64,000 nucleotides of DNA from Phoronis australis. Taxonomy: Eukaryota; Animalia; Phoronida. Made by a program: the position numbers and the translations under genes. The notes under the pieces are model-generated. The model did not search any database. It saw only the letters and a list, made by a program, of their open reading frames with translations, and was not told where the DNA came from. Below are positions 1-12,500 of this stretch, in pieces (the stretch's first letter is position 1; every line of letters begins with the position of its first letter). Location of the stretch: positions 390,354 to 454,353 of the forward strand of contig NMRA01000021.1 of the NCBI GenBank assembly GCA_002633005.1, read 5' to 3'.

Positions 1-217
1 AAATGACTGAATGTTATGACGTCGGTTTCATTACTTGAACCAATGAGAAGCCATGTTAAACAATGTTCCTCAGTGCTACCTTTCGTAACACTGTGAAAGT
101 GTGTAACTAAGTCTAATAAAGTTATAAGCGTTACTAACGTTTAAGGTGCGTCACTGATTATGTGGCTGTAGGGAAAGACCGCACATGGTCTCACTTTGTG
201 ATACAGAAATGTACTGG

Positions 218-607
218 CTGGGGTCTAATCTTTTTACTCGAAGATGAACTCGAAATCATTATTGACATTTTCTATTCTATTTTGCCCAAACTCAGGGTAA
301 GTGTCTATCATACCGTGCTCGAATACATTATGATTAACGCTGGTGAGTTTTTATGTCAAGTTCGCATTTGATGACCCCTAAATACGAGCTACACGGGAAA
401 AATCGAGATTTCGAGTTCAATCACGAACTTGCAGCTTTAATACTGGGGTCGCCAAGTGTGAACTTAGACCAAAAACAGACCAGCGTAACCAAAATGCACT
501 CGAGTACGGAATAATACACTTATATGGAGTTTCCAAAAGAGTACTAGAAACAAGAATGCAAAAAAGCAATCTCGAGTTCGAGTCCGAGTACAATAATTTG
601 ACCCCGG
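218..607. mobile_element. ~390-bp non-autonomous TIR element (MITE family A, copy 1)
   Basis: Left end ctggggtctaatctttttactcgaagatgaactcgaa imperfectly matches the reverse complement of the right end (ccggggtcaaattattgtactcggactcgaactcgag). The body is colinear with 9185-9560. Confidence 0.6.
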
Positions 608-1369
608 AACGTAATGTTTTGTATGAATAATGTTTTTATTTCTTAGAGAGACCTGAAACGCAAACAACAGACTAAATTGCGTTATTCACAGTAGTTCTTT
701 GCAACTGAAACAGAATTCAACCTGCTCACCGAGTATTTTTACCGTTTTATCGTAAAGATTTTGAATACCGGTTGATGTTAAAGCATTTTTCTTTTAGTTT
801 CAAATTTCAAGAAAAAAACGATATGTCAACTGCTCAGCACTTCGTCGCTCTTTCTCTCAGAAAGCAAAGCACGTCTCCTTATTTGGTATGGTAAAACATA
901 GACGTAGCACATTTCCCTTATATGGACAATGTAACCTTTGATCTTTGATGTAAACAAAACCATGGAGACTTCTAGGAGCAGCCAGTCCGTTTAAGAGGCA
1001 ATTAATGTCCTAACTGTTTGAAATTAGTTATAAAGGTATCGTGATATTTAAAGATATTCTAAAGTGCACTTGCTTGCCTCACACTGTGCTGTCGACGTCA
1101 GATTCGGAGAGCGACCATACGTCATGATAATCTGCCGTTTATATCCATCTTAGTCAGCTGTTTTTCGAATGACTGTCAGCGCATGGGCAAATTTTTCAGA
1201 AGAGGGAGGGAGAGTAGAAACTCTGTTGTGACTGCAGAGTTTTTCCTTCACACGTATTTCAAAAATCGTGTTGAGAGTGTAATGTACCACGGGTTTGGGT
1301 AATTTGTCTTGAAAATTACCAGCGTTGGGAGCAAGAGGTTAGAGCTACAAATTGGAGTGAAAACTTCAG

Positions 1370-1586
1370 AATTTCGAGCAAAACATCGAGTTTTTTAGCT
1401 CAAGCTAGGGTTTAATCCCTTTATGCCGGAGTCATCAGGTGCTAACTAGGTTTATGCTGTTCTCTACGTAAACCACAGGATAATAGACGCTTGTCTGAAG
1501 TTTACAGAAAAGTAGAACAGAAAAGGTCAAAAACTATTTCGAGTGCGATTTCGAGTGACTGTTAAGGATTAGACGCCAAGCCCAGT
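1370..1586. mobile_element. partial inverted copy of MITE family A
   Basis: Reverse complement reads gggcttggcgtctaatcc...actcgaaatcgcactcgaaatagtttttgaccttttctgttctactttt...caagcgtctattatcctgtg, aligning by eye with 216-315. The left boundary is approximate. Confidence 0.5.
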
Positions 1587-3687
1587 TGTTGACTGTCGTG
1601 AGCAACTCTTAGATTACATAAGAATGCTCACCAATCGTATGAAAAATAAACACTAGAGTAGACGAATTCTGGCAATGCACGTAAAACATGACTTTTTATA
1701 TGATAAAAATTTTATTAATCCATTTTACATTTAACATTTGTTAACCACCTCATGTGAACACGCTGTCGATTCTCATTGTTGACCGATAATGAAAGTTTAC
1801 TAGTCTTTCAATCCAAATGTTAGCGGAAATCAAATTGCGAAGAACACTAGCAACGTTTTATAGAAACGAAAATTAAACGAAATGACTCGATTAAAACTTC
1901 AATTTTGAAGATTTTTCTTTTCGAAATTAAAACAAGCTATCTAAACAAATTATTATGTTTTTACCTTCAGTCGCAGCTTGAGCATTTTAAAGGAACGTTT
2001 TTCATTGGTTTTTCTTCTGAAAAATACATTGTTTTGGAAATATTGTTTGATGGTGTAGACCTCTTAGTAGCTTCGATCAAAGCTATAAAATAACGTAATC
2101 CGTTGTGTTTTGTGATTTTATCAGGAATCGTCGTTGTCTGGCAGACAATGCGCTGAAACCAAGGTCTGGGGTTAAATACTTTGAAATACTCTGCCATTTA
2201 TTGTGTTGGGTGTACTTCCAACAGTAGAGGGCAAGGCTGCGGTTGCGGAGGTTGCTCGCCTTGATTCCGCGCTAAGGCTGATTTCAGCAACTCACCTTTC
2301 TCTCCTATGATGTCCCTTTAAGATTTCATTCAATGAGCCAAGAAACTATTCAAACTTTCTACGGTGGACTTGACGCTTTTCAATAGAACATTACATCGAT
2401 TTTTGATTTTTTTTTTGATTTGATGATCAAACAAACGCAAAAAAGCTCAAAGGCCAATTCATCGAATCAATGTCACGAGCTTATAACATGAAAATTAGTT
2501 TACAAAGGTACGTGTCTACAAACAGAGGCAATATTAACCACTTGAGTCTGGTATAGGAAAGTCGATCATAATCGAACTGATACACATTTTCACGAAAACC
2601 TTCTATTTGCAACGAAGCCTCGATTATATTGCAATTTTAAAAAGTCTCCAGCAAACTGAAGATATAAATGAACAGCCAACGCAAAACTCTCGCACATAAT
2701 TTTTTAAACTACTGTAAGTATAATCTTTGCTTACCTTGTGTGAACGAAATTTGAAACGTAATGAGACAAATCGCGGTAACGAAACAAACCGGAGAGAGAG
2801 GATATGGTTCGTGTGGTTATTACACGTGAAAAGACGCGCCGTTTTGGCCTATAAAGAAGTTAACGTTTGTAAACAGACAGGTTGATTCATCGACGGTAAC
2901 ACGCCGATACAGGGTGGAAACGAAGGCGGTTACAAAATATTCGTTTCAATTCATGCACAGCCGCGTGTGGCAATGGAATTGGATTGATTTAAAAGACATC
3001 GATTCTTCAGAGAAACGCCCAAAAAGGTAGGGACAGCCTCCAGGAAAATTCATGAAAGTTGAAAGACACCTCAAACAACATTGCGTCGAGGTAGATCATG
3101 GCGGTGGAGGCCGGGCAGCGATGACGTAGCCGTGATACTGGCGGAAGATGAAGAAAATCGGTGACGACTGATCTCACCAAGGGCGGGGTAAAAGCTGATG
3201 ACGATCAGGGCAGGGCAAACTTCAGCAATCCCACGTCCATTTGTAATTATTTGTTCAAAACATCCAGTGGACGTGAAAGTTCTCTTAATCGGCAATTGGA
3301 ATGAAACATAATGAGTAGACGTCCTTCCAATTATGCTTACAAAAGAAAAGTTCGCGTTTCTAGTTTCGGCGGTCAACCTTTCTAAATAATCTTTTGTAGC
3401 TAGGACAGAATCTTCAGAATCCTCCATTCAACTGGCAATTATTTTGTAACCCTGTAACACTGCGGAGTCCAGAAATGACTCAAGCGCGTTGTGGATTTTC
3501 TACAATAGATTTTTATTAACTTTGAAAACTCTTGTATTGATTTTGTAATCAGCAACGGTTTAAAGAAACTCATTAATGTTTTCCCAAAGTGATGAGAAAA
3601 CCGTGTAAATTGATATACTGATAGCTTACTGGAAGTTAGAAGTCATTTGAAAACAACGCGCGAGGGAAACTTGCGGTTGTCGCACAC

Positions 3688-4185
3688 TAAGGGTATGTGG
3701 GACCCTATAAAAATGGCCAAATTTGGCAAACTTCGGAACATCACATCTCAGAAACGGCAGATTGGATTCATTTGAAACATTCATGTACAATGCTTTTTGC
3801 ACTATTCTCAAAAAATATTAGGAATTGTTTTAACAATGTTCCTCTTTTGCGTGAGGAGCTATAAAAAGTAGTACTTTTATGATTTTCATGAAAAATAAAA
3901 GTTGATAAAACGAAAACTGTAACAGCGTATTTGATATCTCACTTTGAACATTTACATTAAGTAAAGTTTGATCGTGTGATTGATACCGTTATTTTGCTGT
4001 CAATGTACCTTTCTTTTTTGCTAAATTTTACTAAAATGACATGGTCATGTGACCGAATTAATAACAGTTTGCTAAAAAGTCAAAAATCAAATTCCGCAGC
4101 CTTTCTCCTTTCAGAGTTATAATATATTTTTCTGGACATTATGTTAAATGCACAAACTTGTAGATAAGTTCCTACTTAACCTTGA
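3688..4185. mobile_element. possible degenerate TIR element
   Basis: aagggtatgtgggacc vs the reverse complement of the right end aaggttaagtaggaac (12/16). AT-rich noncoding interior; no clean TSD. Confidence 0.25.
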
Positions 4186-5837
4186 AGGGCATAGCCCAAG
4201 TATAGGAAAGTGTACGTGCACAACTGAATTTTAAACTGAAAGTTATATTTTCATAATGGACAATTTTCTCTGATCAGCTTAATATGTTAACATGCGGGCA
4301 CGGGGGGAGGGGCGTCGGGGTGCTCGAACGAGCACCCCTATTTGGCGAAGGGGCCAAAAAGATCTGCCTCAGAGAAATAAAAACTCCGAAAACAAGTAGA
4401 AAACGATATAACAAAGGTCCACTAAAAAGGCAGGAACTACCAAAATTCGGCGCATGCACAATTCGTAGCTCTGAACTTACACTGTGAATCTTAGTAAAAG
4501 GTCCACACTCTCAAAAATTCGAGCCCCCCATTGTTTGGGCTGGGTGCGCGCATCATTAACAATAACTCTTGTTTCCTAAAGCTGAACACATGATACGACA
4601 CTTGGTTATTAATTTTTATGCATTATTGGGAAATATTCACGTCAACTTTTTAATGCACTGTACCGTGTGTAAGTTGACAAAACAACCACAAATGTGAACA
4701 TCTAACTGCTGACACAAGATCAAGTTATTTTCACAGTAAAAATGTTATTAGTTCATCAGTAACATTAGGCTGTATCACATGAATTAACTTTTGATGACGC
4801 CATTATAAATTAACATGTTCTTAAATGGTTTTTGCACTCTAGATATACATGTAGGTCCACCTACACTTCTGCATATGAACTGCATCGGAAATTTCACTGT
4901 AATAATTAACAAGGGTCAGTTACCTGTCTTGGTACAGTTATCCAATGATTATTAAGAGATTTCCCATGACCATTATTGGCAAGTCAATATTAACAGTTGT
5001 TAGTATTTGAAAAGTAAGCCATGTATGAAGGGAAAACCGCCTTGTCGATCGTACATGCGAAATGTAATTTTGAAATCATGACACCAGGGCACGTTTTGGT
5101 GATTTGTCCAACCCTGCTTCAGTTACCCACTATCGTATAATTAGTACTTCTCCAGAAAAACAAAAGCATTGTTGAGGTAATATGCTAATACTCTGACTCA
5201 CTACGTCACAAAATGGATTTGGTCATCCATTAACTCGCTTTCCAATTTATGAGAGTTTGTTCTGTCTATTTTACGTGTTCTACCCTATTTTCTTTGTCAC
5301 GGAACTTTTAAGTTAAAACTACATATATCCAAATACGAAAATCCGAAGAGTTCGGGATATTGATGAACTTGTGAAATGCAAACAATCACTGTTTTGTTTC
5401 TGTGTTTACGAGCTCACCTCTCCGTAAAGGCCCTCGCGTGCTTTAATTGTGCGGGCATGGATTTTGCAACCCGCAGGAAAACAAGGCATCGTCACATCGT
5501 TCCGGGCAAACCTTGCGAGCAACTTGTGAACGGTAATTGTTTTTGCCCGGAGCTCCCCGCAGATGACTCGGACCTGGCAGTATCTCACACGGATCTCGCC
5601 CGCCCGCGCATCAAAACTTCAAGCGCTGTTCGTGCAACATTTTGTGCTGCAACCTGCTGTTATAAAATCGGTCACATCTTGTTCCTTATTCAAATTATAG
5701 CAATATCCAGACTTAAGAAGAATTGACTGGTCTTTATTCCGTGAGATACGACCTAATAGGATACCTGTTAGATCAGGTTATTTACTAACCAGAGCGGTAG
5801 CATAGACGCCAGGGGATTTGCAAGCGATTTATTGTTA

Positions 5838-6425
5838 CTCGCTGGTTCCCTGCGTGCTTAGCCCAGCCAGCACGCGGGTATCACGCAGTGGCACCCGCTT
5901 TAGCATTGGTCGATGTAACCTCGGCAGTCATTGCTTAGCTTTACAACACCGTAAAAAATGGCAGACTGTGAACGATTTTTAGCCTTGTCATGCAAGTGGC
6001 GTTCGAAGCAACTATTTCAAGTTCGTTTCTGCAGTGATGTTCAATAGCCGCGTGCTTGAAGCACATACATGAAACACATATCTGGCCGATTTAACCGGTG
6101 TGTTATTCATACTGTATGAATTCAGGACACCATCGTAAACAAAAGTCATCGATAGTAGAAAGATGCATACCGAAAAGGCGAAATTAAAATTTCTAGGCTC
6201 ATTCACATTTCCTGAACATAAATTTTAAGCACCGATTTTTCTGTACATCTACATTTACACTTCAGTCCATCGGTCATGCCAGTTTGTTTGCGTAAAGCGC
6301 TACCTGTTGAGAATTCGACTAGCTAATCAGAAACGCCGGTGTAAAAAAATTTACAGAGGAAAATTTGATACCTGCGTGCTGGCGCTGCTACCGCCCCACC
6401 TAACGGCACGCAGGGAACCAGCGAG
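5838..6425. mobile_element. 588-bp MITE with perfect 20-bp TIRs and target-site duplication
   Basis: ctcgctggttccctgcgtgc (5838-5857) is the exact reverse complement of gcacgcagggaaccagcgag (6406-6425). Inner inverted pair ccagcacgcgggtatca / tgatacctgcgtgctgg (16/17). Flanking direct repeat tttattgtta at 5828-5837 and 6426-6435. Confidence 0.85.
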
Positions 6426-9184
6426 TTTATTGTTATCATAGACATCACATGTAAGATGTCTATGATTGTTATACTTTAATTTCACTTCAAACAGAGAAGA
6501 GCGCAAATCATGACGTTGTTTTGGAAGAGGATATACGTCTACGAAGAAATTACGCTCTGGTGCTAGATTACGAGAACAAACCGGTAGTTCAAACAAGTTA
6601 ACTATTTATGATTGTTGTAGATGTGACTAATACTAAAAAATCAACAGTCAAAGGCTTGTTTTGCGAATTTTGTCGAGGTAAGAACCCGTACTGCAGTTTG
6701 CACCCGATAACCTCGGTAACGCGAGTCTCATTTTCTGCACTGTACTCGACCCCAGCATATGCACTAATGAAACTCAGTGAAGGGATAATGTGTCCCTCAG
6801 GAAAACAGGTGTAACAAAACATTTGCGACGTAGCTTAATATTCAGTATGAGCGCTTTCCTATTTTTACCATATGCCTATGCAATGGACAGAAATAAGTTA
6901 GCTACCTCTTGAGTCTTTCCCGGCCAAGGGACACAAGTTCGGGGGCACAAGTAGAGAAGCATAGCTTTGCGCATTGCTTCCCGTGTGCGTAAACTGTACC
7001 GATCAAAAAGATTACCCGGGCCTCGACCTTGAAACGACCACCAACGTGAATATGACGTGAATTGACGTGAGAAATTTAAAGCAAATGATTGATTTAGAGC
7101 ACTCACCGTTATGAAACTGGTTTCAGGTTATTCCTCAGTCAAAATAGCTGCGATTCTTGGCCTTGGAAAGAAGTAACAGTTCGATCGTCATTGCCTGAGT
7201 TCAGGCTACACAAGTTGGCTTGTCACGGCGTGTCATTTATTTCGCGGAGCATGGTCTCGTACAATAGTCTAACGAATTTTCAGTTCTTAGCAAGACTAAA
7301 TATCATTTTTCATCGGAGTAAGGAACAAGTTGAGACCAATTTTATGACGGTAAGTGGCCTGAATCAAAGTTTCTTTGACGAAAAGCGAGTTTATAACCAC
7401 TTTAAATACAAAAAGGCATTGACCCTTCTATGAAAAACGATGCCTGCAATACCAAGTTCCAATGACAGGCTTCACTGATGGATCTAGGATCCCGCAACTT
7501 TCACATACTCTTAAAGTTATAGCCTTTTTGGTCGTATCAGGGCTCCTATCACTCCGTCTATGTACATCCCCGGCCGACAGGCTGTTCTATTCAGGTTTCC
7601 CGGCACCGTCAAATTGAGTGTGAAAATTGCATTGCACGGCACGGATCAATAAGTCATACCGAAGGGAAAACAATCATTTGAAATCAATTGAAATTTCAGT
7701 AGACAGAAATGTACATGTCATATAATAATCATAGAATTACACCAACATCACTTACCATAGCTCTACTAACGATCAGCGAAAGCCGTCAAGTATTTATGGG
7801 CGCCTCACTTATGACATATTTTCTAAAAAATGACACGATATGAGGAGCAATAGATTGAATGAGCCACTCCCCACTGCTGAGCGACAAACAAGCTTTACTA
7901 GAAACTGAGACGCGTCAATTTTCGAGAGAAATGAGCTGTCCCTGGAGTGCCAATTGTATTGAATCGCGTCAGTGTATTTTTCCGAGAGAAAAATCGATTG
8001 GTAATGAGTAGGTTCAATACAGATCGCTGGTATGAAGTCTTTTTACGATTTTAATTCTGATAATACTAAACATTCGAAGTGTAATTCAAACAATAAGCCC
8101 ACAGTCTGGGGATGGATTTGTGGCAGCTGGGTATGGTCGAAGCGGTGGAGAGAGGTCCGTGGACAGTTTTAGAGGACTGCCACAGCCTGGACATTTTTTC
8201 TTTTGGAACAGTAGCACCAGACCAACTGAGAGAAGAAACAAAGACTAGTGACCCGGGGAGGGATGTTGGAGTCGGTGGTGATCACAGAACAGAGGAGCCA
8301 AATTTCTACTACTCACAAATTCCGCACCTATGCGTTGCAATATCTGTCTACGTTCAAGAAGACGCAAAACGTTTTGTGGCCACCGTTGGAAAATACTTGT
8401 TCTTCCGATACTACTTTTCCTTTTACTAACATTCCCCATCGACGCCTATATAGGAACTCATCGCGTAAAATACACAAAATACACGCAAAATACAATCACT
8501 TTCGTTTCGCTACATTGGTTTCAAACAACCGCAAAATGACTTTTTCTGAAATGATTGATTACGAAGGCTAGGTGAATAGACCTGACAATTAACGTAAGTC
8601 ATTAGAAGTGGAAATAACAAAGCCCGGATATAGTTTTTATTAGTGACAAATTGCTTGGATGAAATTCGCACATGGAAACCTTTTCGTGTTTAATGACTTA
8701 ATATCCGTTTACCACGTAGCATGTAGCATCGCTTCACAAAGACGGACATCCAAGCGCAGCGTAACCTCGACGTATGTCATCAAAGGTCACGAATCTGTAA
8801 TTTTCCATTTTATTTCACGACGAAAATAGGGACTCGTTTGCAGTGAGCTTCCTTGAAAAGGTCTGACCGCTCTCTCTCTTTCGTTGGACTTTGTTTCAGA
8901 AAGACCACCCGTTGTAGTGGTTAATTTATTCCAAATCCTTTCATAGGTATTCTTGTACAGCTGAATCGTTAATCCTGAAGCAGAAAAGTCATGTTGTCAT
9001 TAGCAACAACACATAAATTTCGAATTCCCTATTGAAAGGGAACATCGTAATTTTGTCGATAAAGGCGCCTTTTCGGAAGGTCATGAATATGTCACCGATC
9101 TGAGTCTCACGTCACATATACCTCTTCTATGCGAACCTTCCTCAAGAGTTTCTCTTTGATATGCGACATTACTCCTGCCTGGGG

Positions 9185-9560
9185 CAGGGGCCTAATCGTT
9201 ACACGAGATCAAACTCGAAAATTTAGTTTTCTCATTTTCTGCTCTACTTTATGCGAAGACAAGATAAGTGTCTATTACTCTGTGCTCAAGTACTTCACAG
9301 TTTATTCAAATGAGATTCTAGTTCGCACTCGATAACCCCATTCAAGCTAAAAAGTTAAATAAGAAAACCCGAGTTATCGAGTGAAAACTGAGATTTCGAG
9401 TTCAGCCTTAATAATGGGATCATTAACAGATAAGATTAGTAAGGTATCTATGTAAGCCGTTATATACTCGAGCATACCTTGAGTTCGCACAAAATTAGAA
9501 TAGCAATAAAAATCATATGATAGTTTCGAGTTCGATCTCGAGCAAAGGGATTAAGTACGG
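9185..9560. mobile_element. MITE family A, copy 2
   Basis: Left end ggggcctaatcgttacacgagatcaaactcgaaa vs right-end reverse complement cttaatccctttgctcgagatcgaactcgaaa. Shares internal blocks (taagtgtctat, gttcgca, gagatttcgagttca) with 218-607. Confidence 0.6.
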
Positions 9561-12500
9561 AGTCCTGAATGCATAATATGTCAGCAGCTATTTTAATACG
9601 TCATTTGCGTGCGAACGTATTACAGCCAGGTTGACAAGGGGAAAATCATTCACTTTTCAAAGGAGTAATTTTCCGTTCTCTTTTCGAAAGCCCGGGAGAC
9701 ACGTGATGTGACCCTAATTAGTATGGCGCCATCTTAGATTTAAATATGGCCGCCACTATCAAGTAAAATACCAGCGGCAGGTAAAGAACATGTAACGTTT
9801 GGAATTTTTTGACAGAGCTGTGTTGTAACTCGGACATCTGTGATATCACGACAGATGCCAGACGCCATATAGGAATCTAAGATTTGTGTGAATAGGCCCG
9901 GAGTCTTGTTAAGAGTAACAAATGTACGACTGAGGATTATGGCATGTGTTTCTCGATACGACTTACCGTTCTTGAGTTGTTTGATATTTACTCATGACTT
10001 AAGTGCGTCATTGGGACGGGCCTCATCCGGGCTTGTAACAAACATCTCGTGGTCATGTAAAAAACAGCAGGGATTCTAAATCTTTTCTATGATTATTTGC
10101 ATACAGAGGCTCATTGTAGTCTGATTTGCACGTGATTTGAAGTCAACTTGTTATTTTGTTGATATTGGATACAAGATGGCGCTGCGTCGGCCATTTTGTT
10201 TTAAAGCTTTGCTGTACGGAGCCTCAGCTCAGCAATCCTTTGACCTGAATTCAGGTACGTGTACGTTAAAAGTCAAAAGCTAGGCCTAAAGTATACACTC
10301 CTTTTTAACTACCGTTCTCGAGATTTACTGATAACTTAGTTCTGACACTGAGACGCGTCCAGGGTTTAGGACAGTCATGATACTGAGGGTACAAGAACAA
10401 CCTGGTTCTGAACTTCCGAACTTGTATCGTTAGCACGATAAAGATCAATTTTTGCCCAGTTGACGTAAAATTTACACACAATATACAACCTTTTAATAAT
10501 TTGTTGATGCTGAACACACAATGACGCTGTGTCGTCAACTTTTTCATCCGCTTTACCGATCCACATTACCATAGTCGGTCGATCCTATGACTCGTCTTTC
10601 TGAACTTTGATGTATGGGTAGACCTCGTTAAGAGTTGCAAAAATGATGCATTTCTCACTGATCTTGAGTTATTCGAAATTTACAGACAAATTTACTGATC
10701 ATTCCTCGTTCTCTTGTCGACTGACCTCTATTTTTTCCATGATGATTGTTATCATTGTCTTTGTCATTATAACGACAATCACCTTAACTTTCACAAATCG
10801 TGGCTTTCAGCTTATATTGTGCGAGACTTAATTAGTAAAGCCGCCGTCGTCCTCTTGATGACAGCGCCGTTGTTGACGACGAGCAACAGCATTGTCGGTG
10901 GCGAGGCCGGTTTTGACGTCGTCGCCGTCACGGTCGGTGTCAATTTTCGTTTTCGGGGTTATTGTTATCGTCGACGACGGGCGGACAATGGGAGTGGTGT
11001 TTTGGTTGGCGGCAACGTCACTTTTGCCATTGATGTCGTAGGCTTCAGAGGGTCATCACTGGTATCAACGGCCGGTTAGCGGGGTCACTAGCGTAGTCGT
11101 CGTGCGTGTCAAACACAACACAAGGATGATTTTGTCATAATCGCGTGTGAGAGGCACCAACCTATCCTAGAATCATTCACTGAAGTGTTTCATTGCCACT
11201 GTGGTTGTTGGGTTCTTGGCCAACTTCTGCAGAGGAATCATTCAATCCACCAAGGCTATCCTGCGACTTGGAGAATCTGGTGTTGTGTCCATTCTTGTTC
11301 TCTGGGGATCTTATCCTCCTGTGATGTGTCTAGTGTATTCAAGTTGTTGAGGAAGTGGATAGCCTTCGATTCGTCGAGGCATGGCAACATTGTACCACCT
11401 GGAGCAAAGGGAGCTTTTGGTCATAGTGAATTCATGGTTTCTAATGTCCTCTTATGTTGATGCCTCTGCCGGTCCAGGGCAAGACCATCAGCCTATTACA
11501 CAAGTCCTTGGTCTCCTTTAGATCCACATTGTTGTCTCGGAGTTAGAGCTCTTATGTGATCATGGAACAATAATGTGTTCGAGAGGCTGACGAGTTCCAA
11601 ACGAATTTTCATCAGCTTGCTCAGATGCTCGCGAATGTGGCCTAAACACATCACATACACGTGGGTGACCTCGATATACATCACCATAGAAACTGAGAAG
11701 AGCTAAAAAACTGACATTCCCTTTGTACCCATCGGAGTTCCTGGATGCCGGCATCTGAACAAGTGCCATCAAGAAGGGGCATGAAGTTATCAACAAGATC
11801 AAAGCAGCCGCGGAAACCCATTTGCTGTAGATGGTAAACTGCACAACGATATTATTGTATCAACGATCTTGGATGCAGATGTCACTGGCCAAGAAGCTGT
11901 TCGTAGGCTACATTGCAGAGCGTCTCAATACTTGAACGACACTCTGACGTCCTCAAACAATACAGAAAGGGTAAAGAACAATTTCTGGAAGCTCCAAAAC
12001 CCCACTAGATCTACGACCCAAGTCAAAAGTTAAACTAACCAAAGACGAACGAGTAATCCGAGGTCAACTCATAGACTTTCCTGCTCGCGGACTAAGTCTC
12101 CTCTCGAGGATGCTCGTCATTGGACGTATATTCTCCCTCCCAGACCACTTTTACCGTCTCGAGGGCATATTTTGCCCGCGGTCGGACCAACCCTGATCCC
12201 GCACATTATCCCTTGTTCCCGGTGTCACTTCCGTGCTCATGAACTCGTTGCTATTTCAGTTTTGCAATAAATTATTTGAATATAGTAAAGTCATCTAATA
12301 TAGTTTTTTGCACTAGAAACCGTGAATGTCATCTTGTCACGATGAAATGATTTAAAAAATATCGATATCTTTATCAATACTTGTACACGGGATCACAGCC
12401 GACATGTGTATTGTTGAGTGAGACGAAAGTTCACTGAACAGAGTGTTCATGGACATTGGATTTGTTTCTGCTTTCATTTTGACAGCTTAACGGCAATAGC

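Noticed and set aside
7191-7433. Possible DIRS-type RT start (SGYKLAF on the minus strand)
   Set aside because: No downstream RT motifs could be recovered in any frame.
8112-8571. Overlapping 105-107 aa ORFs as a host gene
   Set aside because: No recognisable motif or consistent exon structure; embedded in transposon-rich DNA.
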